DNA of 64,000 nucleotides from Armatimonadota bacterium (lineage in GTDB: Bacteria > Armatimonadota > Armatimonadia > Armatimonadales > Armatimonadaceae), in NCBI GenBank assembly GCA_026392155.1, contig JAPLCP010000078.1, positions 59,941 to 123,940 of the forward strand, read 5' to 3'. The notes under the pieces were generated by a model that searched no databases, had not been told where the DNA came from, and was given only the letters and a program-made list of their open reading frames with translations. The position numbers and the translations under genes are program-made. Below are positions 9,581 through 20,627 of this stretch, in pieces. The stretch's first letter is position 1; every line of letters begins with the position of its first letter.

Positions 9581-11254
9581 CTACCCATCTTGTCCCCCAC
9601 TCACTCCTGCGTGCAGTGGCTCGTAGCAGGAGTAGTAGTAGGGAGTTTTGGCCTCAAACTCGGCGGCGCAGGTGTCCACGATCTTGAAGGTCGGGATGAT
9701 TCCAGCAGCCTTACGGCGGTTGCGAATGTCAAGCTCTACTTGCCCCGTCAGCTCGGCGATCGTACGATCAGGGAAGCCTAGAGACTTTGCCTCGGCGAGG
9801 AGCGCATTGTCGAGGCTTGCGCCCGCTTGCTCTAGCCGAAGTTCCATGTCCACCAGGTTCTTGATCTTCACCAAGAACCATGGATCGTAGTGTGCTAGGT
9901 TGGCAATTTCCTCGACCAGCATCCCCCGACGGAAAGCTTCCGCGATGGCGAAGAGGCGCTCGTCGGTGGCGACCCGGAGCAGGTTTTCGAGCTGCATCTC
10001 GCTCCAGCCTGAGGCGTGCCGGTAGCGCAGGCTATGAACGCCGATTTCGAGCGAGCGCACGGCTTTCATGAGCGCACTCTCGAACGACCGATCCAGTGCC
10101 ATCACCTCGCCTGTGGCCTTCATCTGGGTGGTGATGCGCCGATCTGCGCTGACAAACTTATCAAAGGGCCAGCGGGGAATCTTCACCACGCAGTAGTCGA
10201 GCGCGGGCTCGAAGCAGGCGAGGGTCTTACCGGTCACTTTGTTCTCGATCTCATCAAGGTGCAAGCCAATGGCGATCTTGGCAGCGGTGCGGGCAATCGG
10301 GTAGCCCGTGGCTTTACTGGCCAGCGCCGATGAGCGTGAGACTCTCGGGTTCACCTCGATAATATAGTAATCAAAGCTCTTGGGATCAAGCGACATCTGG
10401 ACATTACAGCCCCCCTCGATCCCCAGCGCCCGGATAATCTTGAGGCTTGCCGTGCGGAGCATCTGGTACTCTTTGTCCGAGAGGGTCTGCGACGGCGCGA
10501 CGACGATAGAGTCTCCCGTGTGGACGCCCATTGGGTCCAGGTTCTCCATGTTGCAGATCGTGATACAGGTGTCGTTGGCATCGCGCATGACCTCGTACTC
10601 GATCTCTTTCCAGCCATTGAGGTAGCGCTCCACCATCACCTGGTTCACCGGCGAGAGGCGCATCCCTCGGCGCGCGATCTCCAGCATTTCGTCCACGGTG
10701 GGCGCAATTCCCCCGCCGGAGCCACCAAGCGTGTAGGCAGGACGAATGATCAGCGGCCACGGCAGGCCCTCTTGCTTGGCGAGTTCGAGGAGCGACTCCT
10801 CCGAGTCAATGATCCAGCTCTCAGGGACAGGCTCACCAATGCGCCGCATGAGCGAGCGGAACTCCTCGCGGTCCTCGGCCATCTGGATCGAGCGGAGCTG
10901 CGTTCCCAGGAGCTTGACATTGAACTCTTCGAGAATCCCTAGCTCCGCGAGCTTGGCCGCCATGTTCAGACCCGTCTGCCCTCCCAGTGTGGGAACGAGG
11001 CCGTCGGGGCGCTCGCGCTCGATGATCTTGCGCAGGAACTCCGGGGTCAGCGGCTCGATATAGACTCTATCGGCCATCTCGACATCGGTCATGATGGTCG
11101 CCGGGTTGGAGTTGACCAAGACCACCGAGCAGCCCTCCTCACGGAGCGCACGGCACGCCTGCGCCCCCGCGTAGTCAAACTCGGCGGCCTGACCGATCAC
11201 GATCGGCCCGGAGCCGATCACCATTACCTTCTTAATTGCTGGATCTTTTGGCAT
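9581..11254 (-). CDS. carB: Carbamoyl-phosphate synthase large subunit, N-terminal half only (557 aa)
   Basis: [62 protein letters not shown] then TAG; no second ATP-grasp or MGS domain follows. Confidence 0.93.
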   Translation of the reverse strand: MPKDPAIKKVMVIGSGPIVIGQAAEFDYAGAQACRALREEGCSVVLVNSNPATIMTDVEMADRVYIEPLTPEFLRKIIERERPDGLVPTLGGQTGLNMAAKLAELGILEEFNVKLLGTQLRSIQMAEDREEFRSLMRRIGEPVPESWIIDSEESLLELAKQEGLPWPLIIRPAYTLGGSGGGIAPTVDEMLEIARRGMRLSPVNQVMVERYLNGWKEIEYEVMRDANDTCITICNMENLDPMGVHTGDSIVVAPSQTLSDKEYQMLRTASLKIIRALGIEGGCNVQMSLDPKSFDYYIIEVNPRVSRSSALASKATGYPIARTAAKIAIGLHLDEIENKVTGKTLACFEPALDYCVVKIPRWPFDKFVSADRRITTQMKATGEVMALDRSFESALMKAVRSLEIGVHSLRYRHASGWSEMQLENLLRVATDERLFAIAEAFRRGMLVEEIANLAHYDPWFLVKIKNLVDMELRLEQAGASLDNALLAEAKSLGFPDRTIAELTGQVELDIRNRRKAAGIIPTFKIVDTCAAEFEAKTPYYYSCYEPLHAGVSGGQDG

Positions 11255-12149
11255 TTCTTTTCCTCGTCAGGAGTATTCCTGTAATAATCAAGCCGCCCCC
11301 TAGCACGTGCCAAAGGGTGATGGGCTCATGAATCAGTGCAAATGCGCCCAGTGCAGCAGCAAAGGGCAGGGCATACATGGCGCTGGTGGCGGCGACGGTT
11401 CCCACTTTACCGACCGCGGCGTTCCAGGCGACAAATCCAAAGAGTGTGGTGGGTACAGCGGTCCAGAAGACGGCGAGCCAGGTCTGGGGGGCGACAGCGG
11501 CCCAAGCAAACGAGCTTCCCCGCCACAGGACATACGGCAGGCTCCAGAGTGCCCCGAAGCCGACATTGCCGAGCGTGACTTTCAGAGCAGGCGTCGTGGC
11601 GAGCTGCTTGCCCAGAAGCGTCAGAAATCCGCCGTGTAGCGCGGCGCGAAGAAGCGCCATTGTATCGCCGCGCCAGGTTGCGCCGCCAAAATGCAGCCCC
11701 CCTGGCGCATGGGTTGCCACCAGCGCCACCCCGATCAGTGCAATTCCTGCCCCCAGAAACGCCTTCTTGCCAAACTCCTCACCGTAGAGCCCCCGTGCCC
11801 AAAGCGCAGTCGAAAGCGGAATCGTCCCGTGCGAAAGCAGTGTTAGATTCGCCACCGAGGTGTAGCGCACCGCGAAGGCTTGTAGGATCTCCCCCACCAG
11901 CATCGAGGCCAACCCGAAGCAGGCGTACATGGCCAGCTCACGGCGGGTAAAGTGCAGGAGCGACCTGTTCTGCCAGCCCAGCCCTAGTGCCAGTAGCGGC
12001 GCGACAAAGCAAAAGCGAAGTCCTGAGAGAAAGACCGGGTCAAACGCTTCGCCACTCAGCGGGCGCATGGCGACTTTCAGTGCCGTGGCATTGATCCCCC
12101 AGAGCACCACGCAGAGGACAATCACCGCCCAGGCAAGTCGTCGGCTCAC
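11232..12149 (-). CDS. DMT/EamA-family transporter
   Basis: About 10 TM segments, LWGINA at the N terminus, [18 protein letters not shown] at the C terminus; GTGA overlap with upstream gene. Confidence 0.88.
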   Translation of the reverse strand: MSRRLAWAVIVLCVVLWGINATALKVAMRPLSGEAFDPVFLSGLRFCFVAPLLALGLGWQNRSLLHFTRRELAMYACFGLASMLVGEILQAFAVRYTSVANLTLLSHGTIPLSTALWARGLYGEEFGKKAFLGAGIALIGVALVATHAPGGLHFGGATWRGDTMALLRAALHGGFLTLLGKQLATTPALKVTLGNVGFGALWSLPYVLWRGSSFAWAAVAPQTWLAVFWTAVPTTLFGFVAWNAAVGKVGTVAATSAMYALPFAAALGAFALIHEPITLWHVLGGGLIITGILLTRKRNAKRSSN

Positions 12150-13780
12150 TTGGAACGATCTCCATCCACGGGCAGGGAAGCCTCTTGGGGAATCCGATAC
12201 AGCACCAAAGGCTCCGTTCCGACCACGTAGCGCGCGACCTCATTTGTGGGCAGAATGACCTTGGGGGCGACACGATTCCAGTACTTGAGCCGAGCAGGAA
12301 CGCGGGTGATGAGAAGATAGTCGGGGCGGAGCTCGTGAAGCGGATCGCGGTCGTTTGCAAGTCCTGGATAGAACACAGGAACTCCCCGAAGCCGATTCTC
12401 CAGGCAGAGTGGCGCCGCTTCACCGATCACAACAGCTTGCGGGGGCAAGAGCTTGCCAATTGCTCGGCTTGCATCACGGAGTCTCGTGGTATGTGTGGCC
12501 GCCCAGTGCCCCAGAAACCCCGTATTGAGCAAGAGTGCCAAGCCAACGAGAACGTTATGGGTATGAGGCATGGTTCGGAACTTACCCCGAGCTACCAAAA
12601 GCGCCAGTGTTCCCAGTGCCAGCGCGGCGGCTACCCACTCGGAACCACCCGCACCAAAAAGCGGCGCAAGTGTGGGGGCAAGCAAGTGACTACTCAAAAA
12701 AAAGAGAGGGATTCCCAGACCAATCGTGCGTGTTCGTGGCCGCGTGCGCCAGAGCCGCCAGAGTGCGGGGAGCCGATTGAGTGTGATGGCAGCGAGTCCG
12801 GCGAGTGCGGGGAGAAAAAGTAAGAAGTAGCGAGTGGGAATGTAGCGGGTCAGCATCAGCGAGCCCATGCCCAGCGCAGCCCAGCTCACCAGGGCACGCC
12901 AGAGAAAGTCGCGCTTACGCCGTCGCCAACCGACTCCCAGGAGTCCGATCAAGCCGAGGGTCGTCACCACAGGGGCCTGCGTCTCCAAGCAGTACATCAT
13001 GTAGCGCTTGTTCGTGCGCTGGGAGCCAAAGAGCGCGTAGCTGACACACCGGCCCGCCTCTGCCACCGAGCGCGGCTGCGACTGGCGTGTGCGGTAGAAG
13101 TTGGTCATGTGGGCAATCTCGGCCCGGTGTGGAATCCCCCAGAGCGCTCCGTAGATCGCCAGACCGGCAATGGCTCCCGCGACATAGGGAAGTGCTTGTT
13201 TGCGGCGTGCCCAGCCCAGCGCCAGGAGTGGCACGGGTAGAAAGATCACATAGGTTGCCTTGAAGGCAAGAGTGGACGCGGCAAGTAGCCCCGCAATAAC
13301 GAGTCCACCACTTGTCCCCAGAGAGAGGCACCAGAGCGTCGCGCAGTGAATGAGAGTGGCAGGGAGCTCCATCAGGGCGAGGCGGCTGTAGCCCCAGAAG
13401 AAGACATCGGTTCCCAAAAGCGCCAGCCCCGTTACCGCTATCCTTTTGCCAAAACCCCGTCGCAGACCATCCCAAAAGAAAAATAAGGCGAGCAGTGAGG
13501 CAAGCACCGAGAGGCTACGTGCCGCGATGAGATGGACACCAAATTTTCCAAAAACCAAGCGCTGCGCTAGGTCGAGGAGTGGCATCAGGTTGGCGTTGTT
13601 AAACCCATCTAGGCGTGCCTGCCCAAAGAGAGTGGCATTACGGGCATTGTAGGTATAAAACCCCTCGTCCGTCCAGATTCCCGAGCTCCAGTCCAGCAGT
13701 GGCCACGGGTCTGCATCGAGCCAGAGAAGGCGCGAGACAACCAAGAAGACCACCAGTAAGACCAGCGCGAGCTTTTTTAT
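12146..13780 (-). CDS. GT-C / family 39 (ArnT/PMT-like) membrane glycosyltransferase
   Basis: WTDEGFY motif, RSLSVLA, multiple TMs, YFLLFLP; N terminus extended to ATA 13780 giving (M)KKLALVLLVVFL (ORF track starts at GTG 13753). Confidence 0.75.
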   Translation of the reverse strand: MKKLALVLLVVFLVVSRLLWLDADPWPLLDWSSGIWTDEGFYTYNARNATLFGQARLDGFNNANLMPLLDLAQRLVFGKFGVHLIAARSLSVLASLLALFFFWDGLRRGFGKRIAVTGLALLGTDVFFWGYSRLALMELPATLIHCATLWCLSLGTSGGLVIAGLLAASTLAFKATYVIFLPVPLLALGWARRKQALPYVAGAIAGLAIYGALWGIPHRAEIAHMTNFYRTRQSQPRSVAEAGRCVSYALFGSQRTNKRYMMYCLETQAPVVTTLGLIGLLGVGWRRRKRDFLWRALVSWAALGMGSLMLTRYIPTRYFLLFLPALAGLAAITLNRLPALWRLWRTRPRTRTIGLGIPLFFLSSHLLAPTLAPLFGAGGSEWVAAALALGTLALLVARGKFRTMPHTHNVLVGLALLLNTGFLGHWAATHTTRLRDASRAIGKLLPPQAVVIGEAAPLCLENRLRGVPVFYPGLANDRDPLHELRPDYLLITRVPARLKYWNRVAPKVILPTNEVARYVVGTEPLVLYRIPQEASLPVDGDRSK

Positions 13781-14868
13781 TTCCGCGTCTCCATGAGACC
13801 TAGAAAGCGCTCGAAGTAGAAACGGGAGTCCATCGGGCCGGGGGAGGCTTCGGGGTGGTACTGGATCGAGAAGACCGGCAGGGTTTTATGGGTGAGTCCC
13901 TCAACCGTGCCATCATTGAGGTTGATCTGGCTGACTTCGAGCTGGTCTTCGGGGAGAGTGTTGGGATCGAGCGCGTAGCCATGGTTCTGGCTGGTGATCA
14001 CGACCCGGCCTGTCGGGAGATCTTTCACGGGATGGTTTGCACCACGGTGGCCAAACGGAAGCTTGAAGGTGCTGCCGCCAAACGCACAGCCGAGGAGCTG
14101 GTTCCCTAAGCAGATTCCCATCACGGGCTTCTCGGAGGCGACAAGCTTTTGCACGGTCTCGACCGCGTAGCCCAGTAGCGCCGGGTCGCCGGGGCCGGGA
14201 GAGAGAAAGATGCCGTCGGGGTTGCTGACGAGCATCTGATCGGCGGTGGCGGTGGCAGGAAAGACCTCGGTGCGGATGCCCAGCTTGGCCAGCTCTCTTA
14301 AGATATTGAACTTGATGCCGCAGTCCAGCACGCTCACGGTGAACTTCGCATCACTCGCCTCAGGCCCCCAGAAGTAGGGCTCGGGCGTGGTGACCGTCTT
14401 TACCCAGTCAATCGCGTCGTAGCTTGCCGTGGAGGACTGGAGGCGGGCGAGCAGCTCAGCGCCTGTCTCTTCGGTGCTGAGCGCCCCCATCATCACGCCT
14501 TCGTGGCGAATCCGTCGGGTGAGGGTGCGGGTATCAATGCCCGTGATTCCCAGCACGCCCGCTCGCTTTAAGTAGCTATCCAGCGACTCGGTGGCGCGCC
14601 AGTTTGAGTAGGTATCGGCCAGCTCACGCACCACAAAGCCCGCTACTTGAACCCGCTTGCTCTCAAAGTCTTCGGGGGTGATGCCGTAGTTGCCGATCAG
14701 CGGGTAGGTTAAGGTGACGAGCTGTCCGGCATAGCTCGGGTCGGTGAGGACTTCCTGGTAGCCGGTCATCCCCGTGTTAAAGACCACTTCCCCGCTGGCT
14801 TTCCCCGTCGCCCCAAACGACTCGCCCTCAAAAACCGTCCCATCCGACAGTGCTAGAATTGCTTTCAC
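13777..14868 (-). CDS. carA: Carbamoyl-phosphate synthase small subunit
   Basis: GEVVFNTGMTGYQE, LSPGPGDP, GICLGNQ (nucleophile Cys), SQNHGY, QYHPEASPGP. Confidence 0.97.
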   Translation of the reverse strand: MKAILALSDGTVFEGESFGATGKASGEVVFNTGMTGYQEVLTDPSYAGQLVTLTYPLIGNYGITPEDFESKRVQVAGFVVRELADTYSNWRATESLDSYLKRAGVLGITGIDTRTLTRRIRHEGVMMGALSTEETGAELLARLQSSTASYDAIDWVKTVTTPEPYFWGPEASDAKFTVSVLDCGIKFNILRELAKLGIRTEVFPATATADQMLVSNPDGIFLSPGPGDPALLGYAVETVQKLVASEKPVMGICLGNQLLGCAFGGSTFKLPFGHRGANHPVKDLPTGRVVITSQNHGYALDPNTLPEDQLEVSQINLNDGTVEGLTHKTLPVFSIQYHPEASPGPMDSRFYFERFLGLMETRK

Positions 14869-16133
14869 GAAAAGACCACCTCTCCTCCCACGATTGTCAT
14901 CACCGGCTTGCCCGTCAGCTTCCAGCCACCAAAGGGCGTGTTCTTGCCCTTACTCACGAATGACTCGGGGTCTACTATCCACTCCATCTCAGGGTCAAAG
15001 ACCGTGATATCGGCGACAGTTCCCAGCTCCAGAGTTCCTCCGGGCAGGCCCAGAATCCGTGCGGGGGCCGTGCTCATCTGTCCGATCAGCGCGGCGAGCG
15101 AGAGGTGCTGCGGCTTGACTAAGTACGTAATTCCCAGTGCCAAGCTCGTCTCTAGGCCATGAATACCAAACGGCGCAAGAGGAAACTCCTGGTCTTTCTC
15201 GTAGCCCGCGTGCGGGGCGTGATCTGTGGCAATGCAGTCGATGGTTCCATCTTTGAGGCCCGCGATCATCGCCTCGCAGTCCGACTCCGTGCGTAGCGGC
15301 GGGTTCATCTTGGCGTTGGTGTTGTAGCCCTTGCACGCTTCGTCGGTGAGGCACCAGTAGTGCGGCCCAGTCTCAGCTGTCACGGGGGCTCCCCAGCGCT
15401 TGAGGAAGCGAATGATCTCCACTTCCCGCGCCGTAGAAACATGGAGCACGTGTAGGTGGCAGCCCGTCATCATCGCCAGGAGCCCGTTGCGCATCACGTC
15501 CATCTCATAGGCTTCCCGTGGCAGACCTTTTAGCCCCAAGGCACTTGCCATGTAGCCCTCGTTCATCACACCGCCGTCGGAGAGCGTGGTGTTTTCACAG
15601 TGGGCCAGCACGGGCAGCTCCAGCATCGCGGCATACTCCATGACCTTGCGCATAAATCCCGCATCTTGCACTTGAAAAGCATCATCGGAGACCGCGATTG
15701 CCCCTGCCCACTTCAAATCGCCCATCTCCGCCAGCTCCGTATTTTTTAGGCCCTTCGAGAGCGCCCCAATCACATAAAGTCGGGCTTTCTTCTCCATCAT
15801 GGCGCGTGTGAGAAGATCACGAACGATCGGCGCGGAGTCTATGACCGGGTTGGTATTGGGCATACAAGCCACCGCTGTAAAGCCACCCGCAGCCGCGCTC
15901 CCCAGCCCCGAGGCCATGTCCTCCTTGTACTCTTGGCCAGGTTCTCGTAGATGAACATGAATGTCAATCAGCCCCGGACAGACCACTTTCCCGGTGCAGT
16001 CGTATTCTTCATGATCACCTGTAGCCCCCCCACCCAGCCGGATTTCGGTAATCATGTCACCTTCGATCCGAAGGTCCCCAATGCCATCAATCCCGCTCAT
16101 TGGGTCAATAATTCGTCCATTTCGTAAAATCAT
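14865..16133 (-). CDS. pyrC: Dihydroorotase (type I)
   Basis: PGLIDIHVHLREPG, HCE, HVLHVST, KMNPPLR, IATDHAPH; start placed at ATG 16133 (MILRNGRIID). Confidence 0.95.
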   Translation of the reverse strand: MILRNGRIIDPMSGIDGIGDLRIEGDMITEIRLGGGATGDHEEYDCTGKVVCPGLIDIHVHLREPGQEYKEDMASGLGSAAAGGFTAVACMPNTNPVIDSAPIVRDLLTRAMMEKKARLYVIGALSKGLKNTELAEMGDLKWAGAIAVSDDAFQVQDAGFMRKVMEYAAMLELPVLAHCENTTLSDGGVMNEGYMASALGLKGLPREAYEMDVMRNGLLAMMTGCHLHVLHVSTAREVEIIRFLKRWGAPVTAETGPHYWCLTDEACKGYNTNAKMNPPLRTESDCEAMIAGLKDGTIDCIATDHAPHAGYEKDQEFPLAPFGIHGLETSLALGITYLVKPQHLSLAALIGQMSTAPARILGLPGGTLELGTVADITVFDPEMEWIVDPESFVSKGKNTPFGGWKLTGKPVMTIVGGEVVFS

Positions 16134-16205
16134 AATATTAATCCCGCCGATTGAAATCGGCGTCAATAGGCGCAATCGCCAAAAAGTCGCTCCGCGAATG
16201 CTGCA

Positions 16206-16577
16206 TCAAGGGGCTAGCCCTTCAACAGCAACAGAGCCGCCTTCCGTCACGTCTAAACAGACACGATAGCCTTCAAAAGCCACCAAGCCAACCAGCGGAT
16301 CACCTTCCACTGCGAGAACCTCAACAATTTTCTCCAGCCCGCTCCAGTTCATGCGCCCCAGATAAACGTCTACAATAATTGAGGTTCTATTCGCTAACGT
16401 AGCTGGTTGGCTACGATCCCAGACGAGTGCGAGCTGCTCACAAAATGCCTCTGGTAGAGCCAATGTCCCACTGTAGCCGGTATCCAGCACAAACGGAATC
16501 GTTGCCCGTCTGCCATCCGAACCGATGACAGCAAACTCTACCATCGGGCGAAACTGGCGAATCGCTCCCCGAAGCAT
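16206..16577 (-). CDS. Clan AA (retropepsin-like) aspartic protease, AF_0612-like
   Basis: FVLDTGYSGTLALP (DTG), TLANR, PLVGL (equivalent of LLG); TGATG overlap with upstream gene. Confidence 0.82.
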   Translation of the reverse strand: MLRGAIRQFRPMVEFAVIGSDGRRATIPFVLDTGYSGTLALPEAFCEQLALVWDRSQPATLANRTSIIVDVYLGRMNWSGLEKIVEVLAVEGDPLVGLVAFEGYRVCLDVTEGGSVAVEGLAP

Positions 16578-16855
16578 CAGGCAGCCTGCTTTCGGCGGGG
16601 AAGAACTCCACCAATGGTCTCGACAGCAGTGTAGCCGATCCGCAACGCACAGAAAACGCCCTCAGGCCGTCTGACTCTAATCTGCCGACTCGCCTCTAGG
16701 CCGGTATTCGCGATCACGTAATCCCCCGACTCGACATCAATCATGACAATCTTGCCAAGGTTCTCGTCGTTTTCAATGGAGGTGCGAAGCTGGCTCGTAT
16801 AAATTGCCTCACCACGAGCAACAATTTCCTCTTTTGTATACTGCTTCTCTTTCAT
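16577..16855 (-). CDS. Small hypothetical protein typically found upstream of clan AA proteases
   Basis: GEAIY...GKIVMIDVESGDY...RIG pattern; ATGA overlap with upstream gene. Confidence 0.7.
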   Translation of the reverse strand: MKEKQYTKEEIVARGEAIYTSQLRTSIENDENLGKIVMIDVESGDYVIANTGLEASRQIRVRRPEGVFCALRIGYTAVETIGGVLPRRKQAA

Positions 16856-17361
16856 GCTAACTTTTCCTCCAACCATTCCAACAAATCCGGTGATTCCTCA
16901 AATGCCTCACGAGTGATGGCATTCACCCCGACAAAATCAGGAATATTCGCAATACCTTGAGTCAAAGCCCAGTCGCGAAATGCGAGTAACTCAGGGGAGT
17001 CAGGCAAAGCAGACTCAGGATCGTCAAAGTCTTCCAGTCCTGCCGAAAGTAGCGCCAAAAACTCAAGGTACGACTTTGCCACCACTACCGAGTAGTCTGC
17101 ATCCGAGTCCAAAAGCACGATGGGCTGCTGCGCCAGCGGAGCTTCTTCGACAAACCAGAACGCGTAGAGAGAGCCATTTCGCGTCCAGCCAAAGGGAGCT
17201 AGAAATGCATCAAGCCCCGGTTTTCCCGACCAGTAATCTACCAGCGAAGCCCCCCGGCCAGGTTCAAAAATCTGGAAGTTCAGCGCGTCAGGGTGGCCAC
17301 TAGGATTCGTCTCAAACCACGCCGCAAGCGGCTTGAGGAGTTCCTTGATTCCTCCAATCAC
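16852..17361 (-). CDS. SMI1/KNR4 (SUKH)-like protein
   Basis: PFGWTRNGSLYAFW...QPIVLLDSD...VVAKSYLEFLALL; GTGA overlap with pyrB; visibly more AT-rich than pyr genes. Confidence 0.6.
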   Translation of the reverse strand: MIGGIKELLKPLAAWFETNPSGHPDALNFQIFEPGRGASLVDYWSGKPGLDAFLAPFGWTRNGSLYAFWFVEEAPLAQQPIVLLDSDADYSVVVAKSYLEFLALLSAGLEDFDDPESALPDSPELLAFRDWALTQGIANIPDFVGVNAITREAFEESPDLLEWLEEKLA

Positions 17362-18280
17362 CCTTCCGCTCCCAAAAGAAGATAGAGAACAGCCATTCTT
17401 GTGGCGACGCCGTTGGTGACTTGCTTCTCGATCACGGAGCGGGGCAGGTCGGGGACGTCGCCGGAGATTTCGAGGCCGCGGTTCATCGGGCCGGGGTGAA
17501 GAATAATCGCATCGGGCTTGGCGGCGCGGAGGGCTTTCTTACTCACCCCAAAAAGGTTGCAGTACTCACGGGGTGTCGGGAACAAGGCTTTGGACTGGCG
17601 TTCTAGTTGCAGCCGCAGCACCATCACGACATCGGCGTTTTCCAGGCCCTCTTCCAGGTTGGTGTGAACCGTGACAGGGAGCTTATCGGACTCCGTGGGC
17701 AGGAGGGTTTTCGGGCCAACTAGGTGCACATCGGCACCGAGCGTGTTGAGGCCCCAGATATTGCTCCGGGCGACACGCGAGTGCAGCACATCCCCAACAA
17801 TGGCGACTTTGAGGCCCTCGATACTGCCTTTTGCATCGCGGATCGTGAGGGCATCGAGCAGGCCCTGGGTCGGGTGCTCGTGCATGCCATCGCCGGCGTT
17901 GACCACGGGAATATCCACCCACTCGGCAGCTTGGTGGCACGCACCGCTGAACGGGGTGCGCATGATCACGAGGTCTGCCGTGAGTGCTTGCAGCGTCAGA
18001 AACGTGTCGCGGAGGCTCTCGCCCTTGCTGGCGCTGGACGCATTGCCGCTGATATTGATCACATCGGCGCTCATGTACTTGCCCGCCGCTTCGAAGCTGG
18101 AGCGGGTGCGGGTGGAGTTTTCAAAGAACATCGTGATAATCGACTTACCCCGCAGGGTTGGGACTTTCTTGACATCGCGGCGCAGCACTTCTGAGAACGT
18201 GGTGGCGTTGTCGAGAATTGCCTCAATCGCTTCTTTTTCGAGCCCTTCTAGGCCCAGCAGATCTCGTCCGGCTAGGTTCA

Positions 18281-18281
<1 letters not shown>
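17358..18281 (-). CDS. pyrB: Aspartate carbamoyltransferase catalytic subunit
   Basis: FFENSTRTRSSFE, HEHPTQGLLD, GDVLHSRVARS, LRLQLER, HPGPMNRG. Confidence 0.97.
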
Positions 18282-18910
<629 letters not shown>

Positions 18911-18935
18911 CTAAGTTCTCACGCACATCCTTGTT

Positions 18936-18969
18936 TGTCTCTCGGGACAGTGTCTACCTCACAGGATAG
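18936..18969 (-). promoter_or_regulatory. Two tandem PyrR-binding RNA loops
   Basis: UAUC-CUGUGA-GGUA (18955-18968) and UGUC-CCGAGA-GACA (18936-18949) fit the ARUCCNGNGAGGYU consensus with CNGNGA hexaloops. Confidence 0.85.
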
Positions 18970-19000
18970 CGTACAAGGCAATTTGCAGTTGTCTGGAATC

Positions 19001-19030
19001 AGTGTAGCACGCCCACGGCGCACTTGCCAA
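19001..19030 (-). promoter_or_regulatory. pyr operon promoter
   Basis: TTGGCA, 18-nt spacer, TGnTACACT extended -10. Confidence 0.65.
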
Positions 19031-19032
19031 TC

Positions 19033-19722
19033 TTATTCAAAGGTCTCGCGCTTGGGCTCGTTACTCTCGTCCTTGGGCTTTTCACGCTTGATCTCCGGCG
19101 CATTAGCCATACGAATCGTGCCCATCTCCTGAGGCGTGGCCACGGGAGCCACCACAGGTGCCACCAGATCGCGGGGAGCGGATTTGGCAACCGCCCGAAA
19201 TGGCAGGGCGATATAGAGTTCCACATCCCCGGAGCTAAAATCCATCAGTGCCGTGGCACTTGAGGGAATGCGCTTGGGTAAAACCCGATCGTCTACGTTC
19301 ACGTCGCGATGGGCCAGTTCCCCGCCGGGAAGGGAGACTTGGTACTTGACGCTTCGAGCATAGGTGTCCCCATTGAGGTTATCGGCCGAGAGTAAGCGGG
19401 CCATCACCGGTGCGCCGTTGGTAACCAGATGCTCCGCCCGCGCGAGGTGCTGGCGAAGTTTCATGGGGAAGTACACCAGGCCTGCAATGCCTGCGAGTAA
19501 CAACGGGATACTAAGTGGAATACTGCCCCCACGCTTCGTAATGGCAAGACCAAACAGAGCAAAGCCAACCGCGAGCAACACTCCGGCGACTCCGGTGAGA
19601 AGAAGCACATTGGGCCGATTGCGGTCGGGATAGTCCTCAAAAGCGATAATCCGTCGTGGAGCCGCATCCATCAGCTCAAGCTCGGGTACCCAAGCATCAT
19701 CGACGTTTATATTCATAGCCAT
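19033..19722 (-). CDS. Hypothetical membrane protein (2 TM)
   Basis: Coding-like ORF with two hydrophobic segments; no family recognised. Confidence 0.7.
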   Translation of the reverse strand: MAMNINVDDAWVPELELMDAAPRRIIAFEDYPDRNRPNVLLLTGVAGVLLAVGFALFGLAITKRGGSIPLSIPLLLAGIAGLVYFPMKLRQHLARAEHLVTNGAPVMARLLSADNLNGDTYARSVKYQVSLPGGELAHRDVNVDDRVLPKRIPSSATALMDFSSGDVELYIALPFRAVAKSAPRDLVAPVVAPVATPQEMGTIRMANAPEIKREKPKDESNEPKRETFE

Positions 19723-19734
19723 GGTGAAAAATTC

Positions 19735-20613
19735 CTAGTGATAGTAGTACTGTCGCCAGCCCGGTTGGTTATCCGGGACAAGATGGCTGAGTTGTGCGGC
19801 CAGTACGGCAATGGCTGTCTCGGAAAGTGAGAAACCGCGCTGTTGAGACGCATCCAGTGGGTCTCGGAGAAGCCGAAGCCGAAAGAGCATGTCATCGGAG
19901 GCAATCGTGAGGATCTGCCGAATCTGGTAGCGCTCCAAAAGGTCAATTGCCATCCGACAGGCTTCCTGAAGCTCAGGCTCAGGGCTTAGCTCCAAAGTAC
20001 GCTGGAATGCCTCACAGGAGCCCGAAAGATGTCCCGCTTGCTGCAGGACGACACCGCGCTTAAAGTGGTGCGCAGGCTCAAACGGATCGAGGCGAATCAT
20101 CTCATCGGTGAGGCGCAGTGCACGGTCGTACTGACCACGGTGAAGATAGGCGGTGGAGAGAAGATCACGCGCATGAATGGAGCGCTTTTTGAGATCAAGT
20201 AGGGCTCGTCCGTGACGAATCGCATCATCGTAGCGACCAATCTCCAGACAGACATCGGCGAGGGCTTCGCGAGAGACGGGGCAATTGGGGACATGCGCCA
20301 CTGCCGTCTCTAGTATCTCACGGGCCTCTCCGGCCCGACGCCACTGCCGAAGAAGGTTTGCCAGGCGGACGTAGCCACGGGTTGAGTCGGGGAGCGCGTG
20401 CACCAGGGTTTTGAGCTGGGCTACAGCCTCCTCAATCCGCCCGGACGCAACCAGCGCATCGGCTTGATGGAGCCAGCGCCACTCGTCCGCGGGGAGAGGA
20501 AGGGAGTCCACCTCTGAAATTATAGACGTTGCCTTGCCTGCCACCGATCCTCCATGAAAGGCATTATACTCATTTTTTCTAAAAAAGCTTCTCTGGCATA
20601 GAAATTGCCGCAC
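19735..20613 (-). CDS. Tetratricopeptide-repeat protein
   Basis: Repeated TPR-like units (GRIEEAV, GRYDDAI, GQYDRAL, AHHFKRG); start uncertain. Confidence 0.8.
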   Translation of the reverse strand: MRQFLCQRSFFRKNEYNAFHGGSVAGKATSIISEVDSLPLPADEWRWLHQADALVASGRIEEAVAQLKTLVHALPDSTRGYVRLANLLRQWRRAGEAREILETAVAHVPNCPVSREALADVCLEIGRYDDAIRHGRALLDLKKRSIHARDLLSTAYLHRGQYDRALRLTDEMIRLDPFEPAHHFKRGVVLQQAGHLSGSCEAFQRTLELSPEPELQEACRMAIDLLERYQIRQILTIASDDMLFRLRLLRDPLDASQQRGFSLSETAIAVLAAQLSHLVPDNQPGWRQYYYH

Positions 20614-20627
20614 AATTGCGTGTTTTC

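Noticed and set aside
9488-9583. TAG read-through fusing CarB to YwqG (the frames are continuous), or genome-wide amber recoding
   Set aside because: The linker codons are not CarB-like, ywqG has its own -10/ATG, and TAG terminates intact genes such as gyrB.
16138-16206. 22-codon mini-ORF coupled to the protease stop (TGATG) before pyrC
   Set aside because: No recognisable motif or control codons; it may simply be the insertion scar.
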